Shown piece by piece: positions 55,976-64,000 of a DNA stretch of 64,000 bases. The stretch is from assembly GCA_043812955.1 (NCBI GenBank), contig JBDRLN010000066.1, positions 64,885 to 128,884 on the forward strand, in the 5' to 3' direction. The notes below the pieces were generated by a model that was not told the DNA's origin, searched no databases, and was given only the letters and a program-made list of their open reading frames with translations. Made by a program: the position numbers and the translations under genes. Source of the DNA: Candidatus Omnitrophota bacterium. Its GTDB lineage: Bacteria; Omnitrophota; Gorgyraeia; Gygaellales; Profunditerraquicolaceae. Position 1 is the first letter of the stretch. Every line of letters starts with the position of its first letter.

Positions 55976-57311
55976 AAACGCGTTAAAGGATCTGGTATCT
56001 TTGTTGCAGGTAATAAAGCTTTACACTGCCGCCCACCCCCGTTTTAGAAAATTTCTGGATAAGTCCTTTGAAAGCCTAAAAAATATATTTATTAATCAGC
56101 AGGAAGTAGTGATCGGTATTGTGGGGGATGAGTTTGTTTTTGAAAAAGAAATCTTTTTTGAGTTCAGCAAGATAGCTAAACCGATAATCGACTATTTAAG
56201 AGCTAGGGGAGTGGAGAAGATTATTTTCTCCAGCGGCGTACAGAAAGAAGAACTGGAAAAATTTGTTGAGTTTTTAGCGATTGATCTTGATAAGGAAGAA
56301 ACGAGGAAGAACTCGCAGGAGGCGTTGTATCTGGCAGGGGTGAGGAATATAGCTTTAGGTAAACTTGGTTCATCCGGGGCCGGCGATACCATCAGCGCGG
56401 CGGCGGAAAAATCAATCAGTTACCTTAGCCTTTATGAGAGTTCCCTGGGCCAGGTAACGGATTCTTTGGATAGTGTTCTGGGTGAGCAGAATATTAATTA
56501 CCTGTCTTTGAGATTCGCGATAAACAATATCGCGGAAAATATGGCTGTTAGATATAACGAGATACTAAAACTTATCACCATCAAGCGTTATGATGCCGGG
56601 ACATTTATTCACCTTCTAAATGTTTCTATTCTGTCGATGTATTTTTCAACCAGGTTGGGTTTCTCTAGGGAAGATGTGTTGGATGTCGGCACGGCCGCGT
56701 TATTCCATGATATCGGTAAACTCTTTATTTCCCGTAAAATCATTAAGAAGACAGATAAGCTTACTGAAGATGAATTTAAAAATATAAGGAGTCATTCGTT
56801 TCTGGGCGCCCGTCTTCTTTTAAGGCAAGCTGAAACTATTGGGATACTGCCGGTAATCGTCGCTTTTGAGCATCATATGAGGCAGGACGCGAAAAGCTAC
56901 CCTAAGCCTTATTTTCCCTATGTGCCGCACATTGCCTCTGTGATTGTATCCATCTGCGATGTATATGATGCCTTGGCCCAGAGAAGGAGCTACAAAGCGG
57001 ATTATTCGCCGGATGTTATTTATGACCTGATGAATAAAGATAAGAATAGATTTTTCCAGCCCAAGTTGGTAAGCAAGTTTTTTTCTATAATGGGAGTCTG
57101 GCCGGTAGGAACAATAGTTACTTTAAATGGCGGCAGGATTGCTATAGTCAGAGAGGAGAATGAAGACAATGCCTCTTTGCCTAAAGTCGAGGTCATGTAT
57201 CCTCCTTCAAAAAGAGGTCTTATGGATCTAAGCTTAAATCAGGAAAGCGATTGGATAGAGTCTTTTGTGAATCCTTTAAGGCAGGGAAAAGATTTTTTAA
57301 ACATGGTCTAG
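55959..57311 (+). CDS. DUF3391-like N-domain + HD-GYP-family domain with a degenerate signature (HHMRQDAKSYP)
   Basis: HD motif (LFHDIGK), then EHHMRQDAKSYP where HD-GYP enzymes have HHExxDGxGYP. Confidence 0.65.
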   Translation: MLEKIENALKDLVSLLQVIKLYTAAHPRFRKFLDKSFESLKNIFINQQEVVIGIVGDEFVFEKEIFFEFSKIAKPIIDYLRARGVEKIIFSSGVQKEELEKFVEFLAIDLDKEETRKNSQEALYLAGVRNIALGKLGSSGAGDTISAAAEKSISYLSLYESSLGQVTDSLDSVLGEQNINYLSLRFAINNIAENMAVRYNEILKLITIKRYDAGTFIHLLNVSILSMYFSTRLGFSREDVLDVGTAALFHDIGKLFISRKIIKKTDKLTEDEFKNIRSHSFLGARLLLRQAETIGILPVIVAFEHHMRQDAKSYPKPYFPYVPHIASVIVSICDVYDALAQRRSYKADYSPDVIYDLMNKDKNRFFQPKLVSKFFSIMGVWPVGTIVTLNGGRIAIVREENEDNASLPKVEVMYPPSKRGLMDLSLNQESDWIESFVNPLRQGKDFLNMV

Positions 57312-57400
57312 TAAACATGCGGTTTGAAAAAACCTTGACTTATAATGCTATTGTTGGTAGTATAATTTAAAATAAATCCACCAGAAAGGCGTAAAAGATA

Positions 57401-58636
57401 ATGCATGATTTGAATTTTCAAAAAGAGGATTTTTCCGAGAAAGAAAGGCGTAATATCGATATACTGGAGATACTTAGAAGGCGCGGGCCTATAAGCCGGC
57501 CGGATATCTCTAAAGAGATAGGTATCAATGTGGTGACCATCTCTAATTATATAGATGATTTTATTAAACATAACTTTGTTCATGAGAAAGAGTTAGATCG
57601 TTCAGAAGGTGGAAGGCGGCCGACGCTCTTAGATTTAAATCCCCAGGGTGGTTATGTTATTGGGATTGGTTTAAACCTGATGAATATGGTCGGGCTTTTG
57701 GTGGATTTAAAAGGGAATATCATTACTAAAACTCAGATTGCTAGGCCTCGGGCTTCAGTTAATGAAATTGCCGAGTGCCTCCTGGAGCTTATTCGGGAGA
57801 TCTTGAGGCGTTCCAAGGAATACGCGGCTAATATTAAAGGTATAGGCGTAGGCATGGCCGGTCTTATTAATAAGGAAGATGGTTCCATACATTGGCCGCA
57901 AAAAATGGATCATTATTATACTTACGCCTCAGTTGATTTATCGTTTAGGGAATTAATCGAAAGGGAATTTAACCTACCCACCTTAATTGAAAATGACGCT
58001 ACCAGCGCCTGTTTCGGCGAGCACTGGTTCAGCATGGATTCCAATATTAAAGATCTTATTTATATGTTTTCCGGGGTAGGCTGCGGCATGATGATCAATG
58101 GTCAGATCTACCGGGGCGCCCAGGGTTACGCGGGCGAGGTAGCTATTTATAATTATAAGGAGCAGGATCTTTTTAGCTGTTCAAGCGGAAATCCCTGTTT
58201 TATTAAACGCTGGGAGATGGATTTGGGTATAGTTGAACACGCGAAGAAGATACTGGCTATAGATAAAGAGGCGGCAGAAAGTTTTTTTAAACTAACTTCT
58301 TCTAATATTGAAAATGTTGATCTAAAAAGCGTATTTATCGCTAACCGCGCTAAAAATGAGATCGCGATTTCTGCTTTAGACGCCGCGGCCAAGAGGTTAG
58401 GTATAAAAGTAGCTTCTTTAGTAAATATGCTTAATCCTCAGATTGTAGTTATCGGTGGCGGGCTAGAAGACGCCGGGGATGATTTTTTAAATAAACTAAC
58501 CCTGGTGGTAAAAGACTGGTCATTCAGGGAGATTACTGAAGGTTTAAAGATTGTTTATTCCCAACTCAGGGAGAATGCTGTCGCTTTAGGAGCCGCCGGA
58601 TTGGTGATGCAGAGGGTATTCGCTCAAATGGAATAA
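57401..58636 (+). CDS. ROK-family transcriptional regulator (winged-HTH + ROK sugar-kinase fold)
   Basis: N-terminal HTH (ILEILRRRGPISRPDISKEIGINVVTISNYI). ROK motifs, including the Cys-rich CFGEHWF...GCGMMING region. Confidence 0.8.
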   Translation: MHDLNFQKEDFSEKERRNIDILEILRRRGPISRPDISKEIGINVVTISNYIDDFIKHNFVHEKELDRSEGGRRPTLLDLNPQGGYVIGIGLNLMNMVGLLVDLKGNIITKTQIARPRASVNEIAECLLELIREILRRSKEYAANIKGIGVGMAGLINKEDGSIHWPQKMDHYYTYASVDLSFRELIEREFNLPTLIENDATSACFGEHWFSMDSNIKDLIYMFSGVGCGMMINGQIYRGAQGYAGEVAIYNYKEQDLFSCSSGNPCFIKRWEMDLGIVEHAKKILAIDKEAAESFFKLTSSNIENVDLKSVFIANRAKNEIAISALDAAAKRLGIKVASLVNMLNPQIVVIGGGLEDAGDDFLNKLTLVVKDWSFREITEGLKIVYSQLRENAVALGAAGLVMQRVFAQME

Positions 58637-58655
58637 GAAAGGGAGGTTTTATATT

Positions 58656-59816
58656 ATGCCACAGAAAATAAAATTTATTATAATCGGTCTGGCGGTTATA
58701 TTAGTGATCAGTCTTTTTATTAATCTGCAGGTTATGGTTTCCAAACAGACGGTAGAACGCGATAGGGATGTTTTACAAAATGAGAAGGCCGGTCTGCTTA
58801 CTAAGATCGATAGCACCTTAAAGGATAATAAACGTCTGGAAGATAAGATTAACCTTATGAATAAAGATATGGAAAAACTTGTCCGGGATTTAGATAGGGC
58901 CGCAAAGGATAAATCCGATGTCCAGAGAAGATATGATAATTTAAGCAAGGAAAGAGATGCCTTGGCGGAGCAGTTAAAGAGTCGTCCCGTGGAGGTAGAA
59001 CAAAGGGAAATCAAAGAAGAAGTGTTCAGGCCGGTTTCTACTACCGCTACTACCGAAGATACATATTGGGCGGGGATATTAAAGGCCAAGGCCGATTTAG
59101 AGCTAAAATTAAATAATCTGCGTAATGAATTAAGAATCGATAAGATTACCAATGAAAAACTGCAAAGGGAAAAAAGTTCTTTAAGTCTGGAATTGAAAAA
59201 CCTAGAAATGCAAAATACCGATATTAAGCGCCAGCTTGAATATAACTATCAGGTAACAGACGCCCTGACCCAGGAGTTAGTCAGGGAGAAAAATGATAAG
59301 ATTAAGATTCAGGAAGAAATAAAGGTTTTAAGGAGCGATAGCGCAAGTTTGCGTCGTCAGATAGAGGGAGTTTCTGTGCGCAAATCCAGGTTGGAAGAAA
59401 AAGTGGCCGAGTTAGAGGTAAAAAATAGCGAGCTTGAGCGTAGTTTGAATAAAACTCAAAGCCAGCAGTCAGTCCAGGCAGATGTATTAAAGCAGCAGAT
59501 AGGCCAGGATAAGCAGGAAAGAAGAGAGTCAGTAGAATTGCCGCCGATAGTAGTGCGCCCGCAAAAAGAGGTTTCTTTATCGTTGGTAAATAATATCCAA
59601 AATGGCAAGATCTCCTTAGTTAATAGAGAAAATAAATTTGTGATCATGAGTTTGGGCGAAGAGTCAGGGGTTAAGGTTGGTGATGTATTTAAGGTATATA
59701 GGGCAAATAAGGAGATCGCCACTATCGAAGCGATCAGGGTTCGCCAAGATATAACTGCCTGTGATATTAAAAATGAATCCACGCCTATCGCCATAGGTGA
59801 TATAGTTTTAAGGTAA
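58656..59816 (+). CDS. Membrane-anchored coiled-coil protein with a small C-terminal beta domain (hypothetical)
   Basis: TM helix, ~280 aa of coiled coil, then a C-terminal ~70-aa beta-rich domain. Confidence 0.55.
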   Translation: MPQKIKFIIIGLAVILVISLFINLQVMVSKQTVERDRDVLQNEKAGLLTKIDSTLKDNKRLEDKINLMNKDMEKLVRDLDRAAKDKSDVQRRYDNLSKERDALAEQLKSRPVEVEQREIKEEVFRPVSTTATTEDTYWAGILKAKADLELKLNNLRNELRIDKITNEKLQREKSSLSLELKNLEMQNTDIKRQLEYNYQVTDALTQELVREKNDKIKIQEEIKVLRSDSASLRRQIEGVSVRKSRLEEKVAELEVKNSELERSLNKTQSQQSVQADVLKQQIGQDKQERRESVELPPIVVRPQKEVSLSLVNNIQNGKISLVNRENKFVIMSLGEESGVKVGDVFKVYRANKEIATIEAIRVRQDITACDIKNESTPIAIGDIVLR

Positions 59817-60838
59817 TGACCCGGCCAAAAAAAACTAATTCTAAAAATACCTCGATCAAAGATGTTGCCCGTTTATCCGGAGTATCTATTAGCACAGTCT
59901 CGCGGGTAATTAATAAATTCCCTTCAGTTAAAGAGAAACACCGGATCAAGGTCCTGGAGGCAGTAAGTGAGCTTAAATTCCAGCCATCGGTTTTTGCCCA
60001 GCGCCTAGCAACCGGCAGGAGCAATGTTGTAGCCCTGGTAATACCGCGCTATGAAGGAATGTTTTATTCTTTTTATGTCCTCGAATTGATCCGCGGCATC
60101 GGGACCCTCTGTGAGGCGTTAAAATTAGATTTATTATTGCATATTATTGATAGCAAACTGTCTTTTAACTTCAAAGGCATAGGAGGGATAATTTTCGCGG
60201 ATATTATCGCTAACCGGCATCAGGTTGAGGAGGCCTTAGATAGTTCAATACCTCTAGTGGTAATTAATAATAATGTTTTAGATTTAGAAGTAACTTGTCT
60301 GTCTTTGGATAATCAGGGGGGGGCTTTAAAGGCAGTTGAGTATTTGATAGGTCTGGGGCATAAGAAAATCGCCCATATTTCGGGAGATATGATTACCCAG
60401 GCCGCGGTCCAGCGCCTAGATGGATATAAGCAGGCTTTAAAAAAGAGTAAAATTTCACTTTCGGATGATTATATAATCAAGACTGATTATTCCCGGGGCC
60501 AGGCAAGAACGGCCGCGGAAAAATTGATCACAATGCAGGAACGGCCGACAGCGGTCTTTGTAGCTTCAGATTCTATGGCCCTTGAGGTAATGACGGTAGC
60601 CATGGAAGCGGGTCTGAAGATTCCGGCGGATTTATCAGTAGTTGGTTTTGATGATAACCCGTCAGGGCTCTATGGTCCGGTATCCCTTACTACTGTGAGG
60701 CAGCCTCTAGTAAAGATGGCCCAGGACGCAGTAAAGGAATTAAATATTCTTATTGATCCCAAGCAAGAGCATAAAGTAAAAAAAATTGTGATACCTACGG
60801 AATTGGTGATCCGTGAATCTTGTAGTACGTTAAAATAA
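59816..60838 (+). CDS. LacI-family transcriptional regulator
   Basis: HTH (TSIKDVARLSGVSISTVSRVIN) plus a periplasmic-binding-fold effector domain. Confidence 0.85.
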   Translation: MTRPKKTNSKNTSIKDVARLSGVSISTVSRVINKFPSVKEKHRIKVLEAVSELKFQPSVFAQRLATGRSNVVALVIPRYEGMFYSFYVLELIRGIGTLCEALKLDLLLHIIDSKLSFNFKGIGGIIFADIIANRHQVEEALDSSIPLVVINNNVLDLEVTCLSLDNQGGALKAVEYLIGLGHKKIAHISGDMITQAAVQRLDGYKQALKKSKISLSDDYIIKTDYSRGQARTAAEKLITMQERPTAVFVASDSMALEVMTVAMEAGLKIPADLSVVGFDDNPSGLYGPVSLTTVRQPLVKMAQDAVKELNILIDPKQEHKVKKIVIPTELVIRESCSTLK

Positions 60839-60876
60839 TTTGCCTTTCCAATAGCCTCTCTTCTTTAGAGGCTTTT

Positions 60877-60923
60877 ATACAATTTATAGTGCCCCTCGTG
60901 GAAAAATATACCATATATTGTAT
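60877..60923. promoter_or_regulatory. Two putative NrdR boxes (ATACAATTTATAGTGC and ATACCATATATTGTAT) spaced 31 bp centre to centre, overlapping the nrdJ promoter (TTGACA 60931, TATACT 60954)
   Basis: Each matches 13/16 positions of the NrdR-box consensus acaCwAtATaTwGtgt. The tandem spacing is typical. Confidence 0.5.
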
Positions 60924-61020
60924 TTTCTTATTGACAAGTCTTGGTCTTGAGGTTATACTTAGTTTTCGTAAGTAGGATAATTTTTTTAATCTGTTTTTAT
61001 TTTTTTATGGAGGTAAGATA

Positions 61021-63312
61021 ATGTCGCTTAAACTTTCCGAGAATTCCCTCAAAGTTTTAGAGAGAAGGTACTTAAAAAGAGATGCTAATGGCTTGGTCGT
61101 AGAAACCGCCGAAGATATGTTTAGAAGAGTCGCTCAGGCAATAGCCGAAGCCGATAGAAAATATGACTTAAAAGAAGAAGAGATTTCTAAAATTGCTGAT
61201 GATTTTTACCGGGTTATGATCGCCTTGGAATTTATCCCAAATTCTCCCTGTCTTATGAATGCTGGAAGAGAGCTAGGCCAGTTGAGTGCCTGTTTTACTT
61301 TGCCGATCTGCGATTCAATGGAATCGATATTTGAGACCTTAAAAGCGACCGCCATGATCCACAAGTCCGGCGGAGGAACAGGATTTTCCTTTTCTCGGAT
61401 CCGGCCTAAGAATTCAGTAGTGAAATCTACCGGCGGTGTCGCCTCAGGCCCGGTTTCTTTTATGAAGGTTTATGACGCGGCTACTGAAGCAGTTAAGCAG
61501 GGTGGCACGCGCAGGGGCGCGAATATGGGGATCTTAAGAGTAGACCACCCCGATGTTTTAGAGTTTGTAACCTGTAAGGAGAGCAATAAAGAGATTAATA
61601 ATTTTAATATTTCGGTCGCGATCACCGATGATTTTATGAAGAGATTAGAGAATAACCAGGAACACGATTTAGTGGACCCTCATTCCAATGAATTAGTTAA
61701 AAGGGTGCGGGCCCGGGAGGTTTTTGACCTAATCGTTAAACAGGCGCATAAAAACGGGGAACCTGGAGTTTTGTTTATTGATAAGGTTAATCAGGATAAC
61801 CCTACTCCTAAATTAGGCAAGATCGAAAGCACCAACCCTTGCGGCGAACAGCCGCTTTTGCCTTATGAGAGCTGCGATCTGGGTTCAATAAATCTGGACC
61901 GGATGTATAAAAAAGCAGGCTTAAATTATGAGATTGATTGGGAGAAATTAAAAGAAGTAACCCATTTGGCAGTGCATTTCCTGGATAACATAATAGATGT
62001 AAACAGATATCCTATACCGGAGATCGAAAAAGCGACTAAGCTGACCCGTAAGATCGGATTAGGGGTAATGGGCTGGTCTAGCCTTTTAATCCGGATGGGC
62101 GTACCTTATAATAGTAATGAGGCAGTGTATTTAGGCGAGAAGGTAATGTCTTTTATTCTTAACGAGGCTTTTTCTGAGTCTGAAAGTTTAGCCGGGAAAA
62201 AAGGCGTATTCCCGGCTTTTAAAGGAAGTATTTATGATAAAAAAGATGCAGGAAGGAAGCTGCGTAATGCTACTCTGACTACTATAGCACCTACCGGAAC
62301 CATCAGTATTATTGCCGGTCCTTGCTCTTCAGGGATTGAACCTTTGTTTGCTATAGTTTATTACCGCAATGTAATGGATAACGATAAGCTGGTAGAGATA
62401 GATCCTTTTTTTGAAGAGATAGCCAAAGAGAGAGGGTTTTATAGCCGGGAATTAATGGAGAAGATCGCTGAAACAGGCTCAGTTAAAGATATTGAAGGCG
62501 TTCCTGAGGATGTAAAGAAGGTATTTGTCACCGCCCATGATATAGCCCCGGAATGGCATGTTAAGATGCAGGCGGCATTTCAGAAATATGTGCATAATGC
62601 CGTATCTAAAACTGTTAATTTCCATCATGATGCTACTATAGAAGAAGTCAGAAAGTCTTATCTTTTAGCTTACGAGTTGGGGTGCAAAGGTATTACTATA
62701 TACCGCGACCGCAGCCGTGAAGAGCAAGTATTAAATATTGCCCACAAAGATAAAAAAGAAGTCAAAGAAATAGTTTTGCCTATTAATGAAATTGCCCCCC
62801 GTCCGCGCCCGGAAGTTATTATCGGTACCACGACCAAGGTTGCCACTGGATGTGGAAATCTTTATGTTACCATAAACATTGATGAAGAAGGCAATCCCTT
62901 TGAGTTGTTTACCCAGATGGGCAAGGCTGGCGGCTGCGCCGCTTCTCAGCTTGAGGCGATCGGCAGGCTGGTATCTTTGGGTTTTCGTTCTGGCATAGAA
63001 GTAAAATCGATTATTGAGCAGTTACGTAATATCCGTTGCCCTTCCCCATCTTGGGAGAAGGGCCAGCGTATCTTCTCTTGTGCTGACGCTATTGCCCGCG
63101 TAGTTGAGAAGAGGCTGATAAATAGACAAGTCATACCTTCCGCCATAACAGTCGCTGAGCTGGCAATGAAGCATTCCCATAATGAAGAAGTTGTCCTGGA
63201 TAAAGCAGTCCATGGCGGGGATATCGTCGGAGTATGCCCGGATTGCGGCGGCGCGCTGCGTCATGAAGAAGGCTGCGTTAAGTGCCAGGCCTGCGGATAT
63301 TCCAAATGTTAG
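61021..63312 (+). CDS. nrdJ: Class II (adenosylcobalamin-dependent) ribonucleotide reductase
   Basis: TNPCGEQPL active-site loop; C-terminal Zn ribbon CPDCGG...CVKCQACG; 763 aa. Confidence 0.9.
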   Translation: MSLKLSENSLKVLERRYLKRDANGLVVETAEDMFRRVAQAIAEADRKYDLKEEEISKIADDFYRVMIALEFIPNSPCLMNAGRELGQLSACFTLPICDSMESIFETLKATAMIHKSGGGTGFSFSRIRPKNSVVKSTGGVASGPVSFMKVYDAATEAVKQGGTRRGANMGILRVDHPDVLEFVTCKESNKEINNFNISVAITDDFMKRLENNQEHDLVDPHSNELVKRVRAREVFDLIVKQAHKNGEPGVLFIDKVNQDNPTPKLGKIESTNPCGEQPLLPYESCDLGSINLDRMYKKAGLNYEIDWEKLKEVTHLAVHFLDNIIDVNRYPIPEIEKATKLTRKIGLGVMGWSSLLIRMGVPYNSNEAVYLGEKVMSFILNEAFSESESLAGKKGVFPAFKGSIYDKKDAGRKLRNATLTTIAPTGTISIIAGPCSSGIEPLFAIVYYRNVMDNDKLVEIDPFFEEIAKERGFYSRELMEKIAETGSVKDIEGVPEDVKKVFVTAHDIAPEWHVKMQAAFQKYVHNAVSKTVNFHHDATIEEVRKSYLLAYELGCKGITIYRDRSREEQVLNIAHKDKKEVKEIVLPINEIAPRPRPEVIIGTTTKVATGCGNLYVTINIDEEGNPFELFTQMGKAGGCAASQLEAIGRLVSLGFRSGIEVKSIIEQLRNIRCPSPSWEKGQRIFSCADAIARVVEKRLINRQVIPSAITVAELAMKHSHNEEVVLDKAVHGGDIVGVCPDCGGALRHEEGCVKCQACGYSKC

Positions 63313-63323
63313 CCTAGGGCCAA

Positions 63324-64000
63324 TTGAAAAAGATATTATACATAATCTTAGACGGCTTAGGTGATCTGCCTATCAAAGAACTAGGCAAGAGAACTCCGCT
63401 TGAAGCAGCATTAACTCCCAACTTAGACCGTTTGGCTCAAACCGGAATAACCGGTATTGTTTATCCCTTGGGTAAAGATATTGCTCCCGAATCTGATGCC
63501 GCGGTAATCAGCCTTTTAGGTTACGATGTCTTAAAATATTATACCGGAAGAGGGCCTTTAGAGGCCTTTGCTGAGGGCTTAAGTATTGTTGATGGAAATT
63601 TAGCCCTAAGAGTTAATTTTGCTACCGCGGTTGACGGCGGTTTAACTATTAAAGACCGCAGGGTAGGCCGAAGTTTAACCCCAGAGGAAGCTGATAACTT
63701 AACCAAAGAGATAAATTCTAAAGTCATCCTCTCCAATGCTACTTTTGAATTCAAAAATACTGTCGGGCATAGAGGGGTATTGGTAATCAGGGGAATGCAT
63801 TCAAGTTTATCCGGATATATCACTAATACCGATCCTGCTTATGCCAGGGATAATTTATTCGGGCAGGCCTTAGATAAATTCCAGGATGTTATCCAGGAAT
63901 CCAAGCCTATGCCGGGGTATGAGAATTCATTGGAAGCAATTGAGGCGGCCGGACTTTTAAATGAATTTACTCAGAAATCCCATCAGGTTTTAAATAATTC
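63324..64000 (+). CDS. Cofactor-independent phosphoglycerate mutase, archaeal-type ApgM-like metalloenzyme (3'-partial)
   Basis: TTG start. N-terminus KKILYIILDGLGDLPIKELGKRTPLEAALTPNLDRLA is the ApgM-family signature. Open to the window end. Confidence 0.6.
   Translation, partial: MKKILYIILDGLGDLPIKELGKRTPLEAALTPNLDRLAQTGITGIVYPLGKDIAPESDAAVISLLGYDVLKYYTGRGPLEAFAEGLSIVDGNLALRVNFATAVDGGLTIKDRRVGRSLTPEEADNLTKEINSKVILSNATFEFKNTVGHRGVLVIRGMHSSLSGYITNTDPAYARDNLFGQALDKFQDVIQESKPMPGYENSLEAIEAAGLLNEFTQKSHQVLNN

Noticed and set aside
58656-59816. PilZ domain at the C-terminus of the coiled-coil protein
   Set aside because: No convincing RxxxR or DxSxxG motifs on inspection. Left as an unknown beta domain.

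Overview
This 64-kb window looks like chromosomal DNA from a low-GC (~40%) bacterium, probably an uncultivated lineage. Gene density is high, with ATGA/TAATG-coupled starts and a sigma70-like TTGACA-N16-17-TATAAT promoter grammar. I see five blocks. (1) Coordinates 1-13.6 kb hold a type IV pilus assembly cluster: a pilM-pilN fusion, pilO, pilP-like, pilQ, a coiled-coil gene, a TPR gene, pilB, an exeA-like AAA gene, pilC, a histidine kinase, two PilZ-domain genes (one fused to a T2SSE_N/MshEN domain), a receiver and the major pilin pilA. (2) Coordinates 13.7-27.9 kb hold a chemotaxis-like operon (cheY, cheC, cheA, cheR, cheY, cheD, cheB, cheC, cheW, MCP). Inside it sit an FtsA-like ATPase fused to tandem ThiS-like beta-grasp repeats and a ComFB-like gene. 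It is bracketed by two paralogous receiver genes carrying degenerate GGDEF domains, one paired with a third CheC-like gene. (3) Coordinates 28-39.5 kb hold a carbohydrate-utilisation locus: a sugar-binding lipoprotein, a GPH-type MFS transporter, two ABC permeases, two clan GH-A glycosidases, a tandem CBM-like protein and a TPR protein. (4) Coordinates 39.5-53 kb hold a 490-bp non-coding island plus three small membrane-protein genes, tRNA-fMet, ftsB-eno, an FtsH-like protease, purN, an rnfCGDEAB operon on the minus strand and tRNA-Thr. (5) Coordinates 53-64 kb hold a secreted protein, a paralog pair with DUF3391-like N-termini (one with an HD-GYP-like domain), ROK and LacI regulators, class II ribonucleotide reductase nrdJ behind putative NrdR boxes, and the start of an apgM-like mutase. 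The most unusual sequence-level signals are three. A ~95-bp repeat family built around the perfect palindrome GCGGGATCCCGC is inserted in tandem pairs next to both tRNA genes, flanked by duplicated tRNA 3' ends. A 76-nt element is repeated twice inside the rnf operon. c-di-GMP-related receptor/effector genes are unusually dense around the pilus and chemotaxis genes. All calls were read by eye from the translations and DNA; no database search was run.
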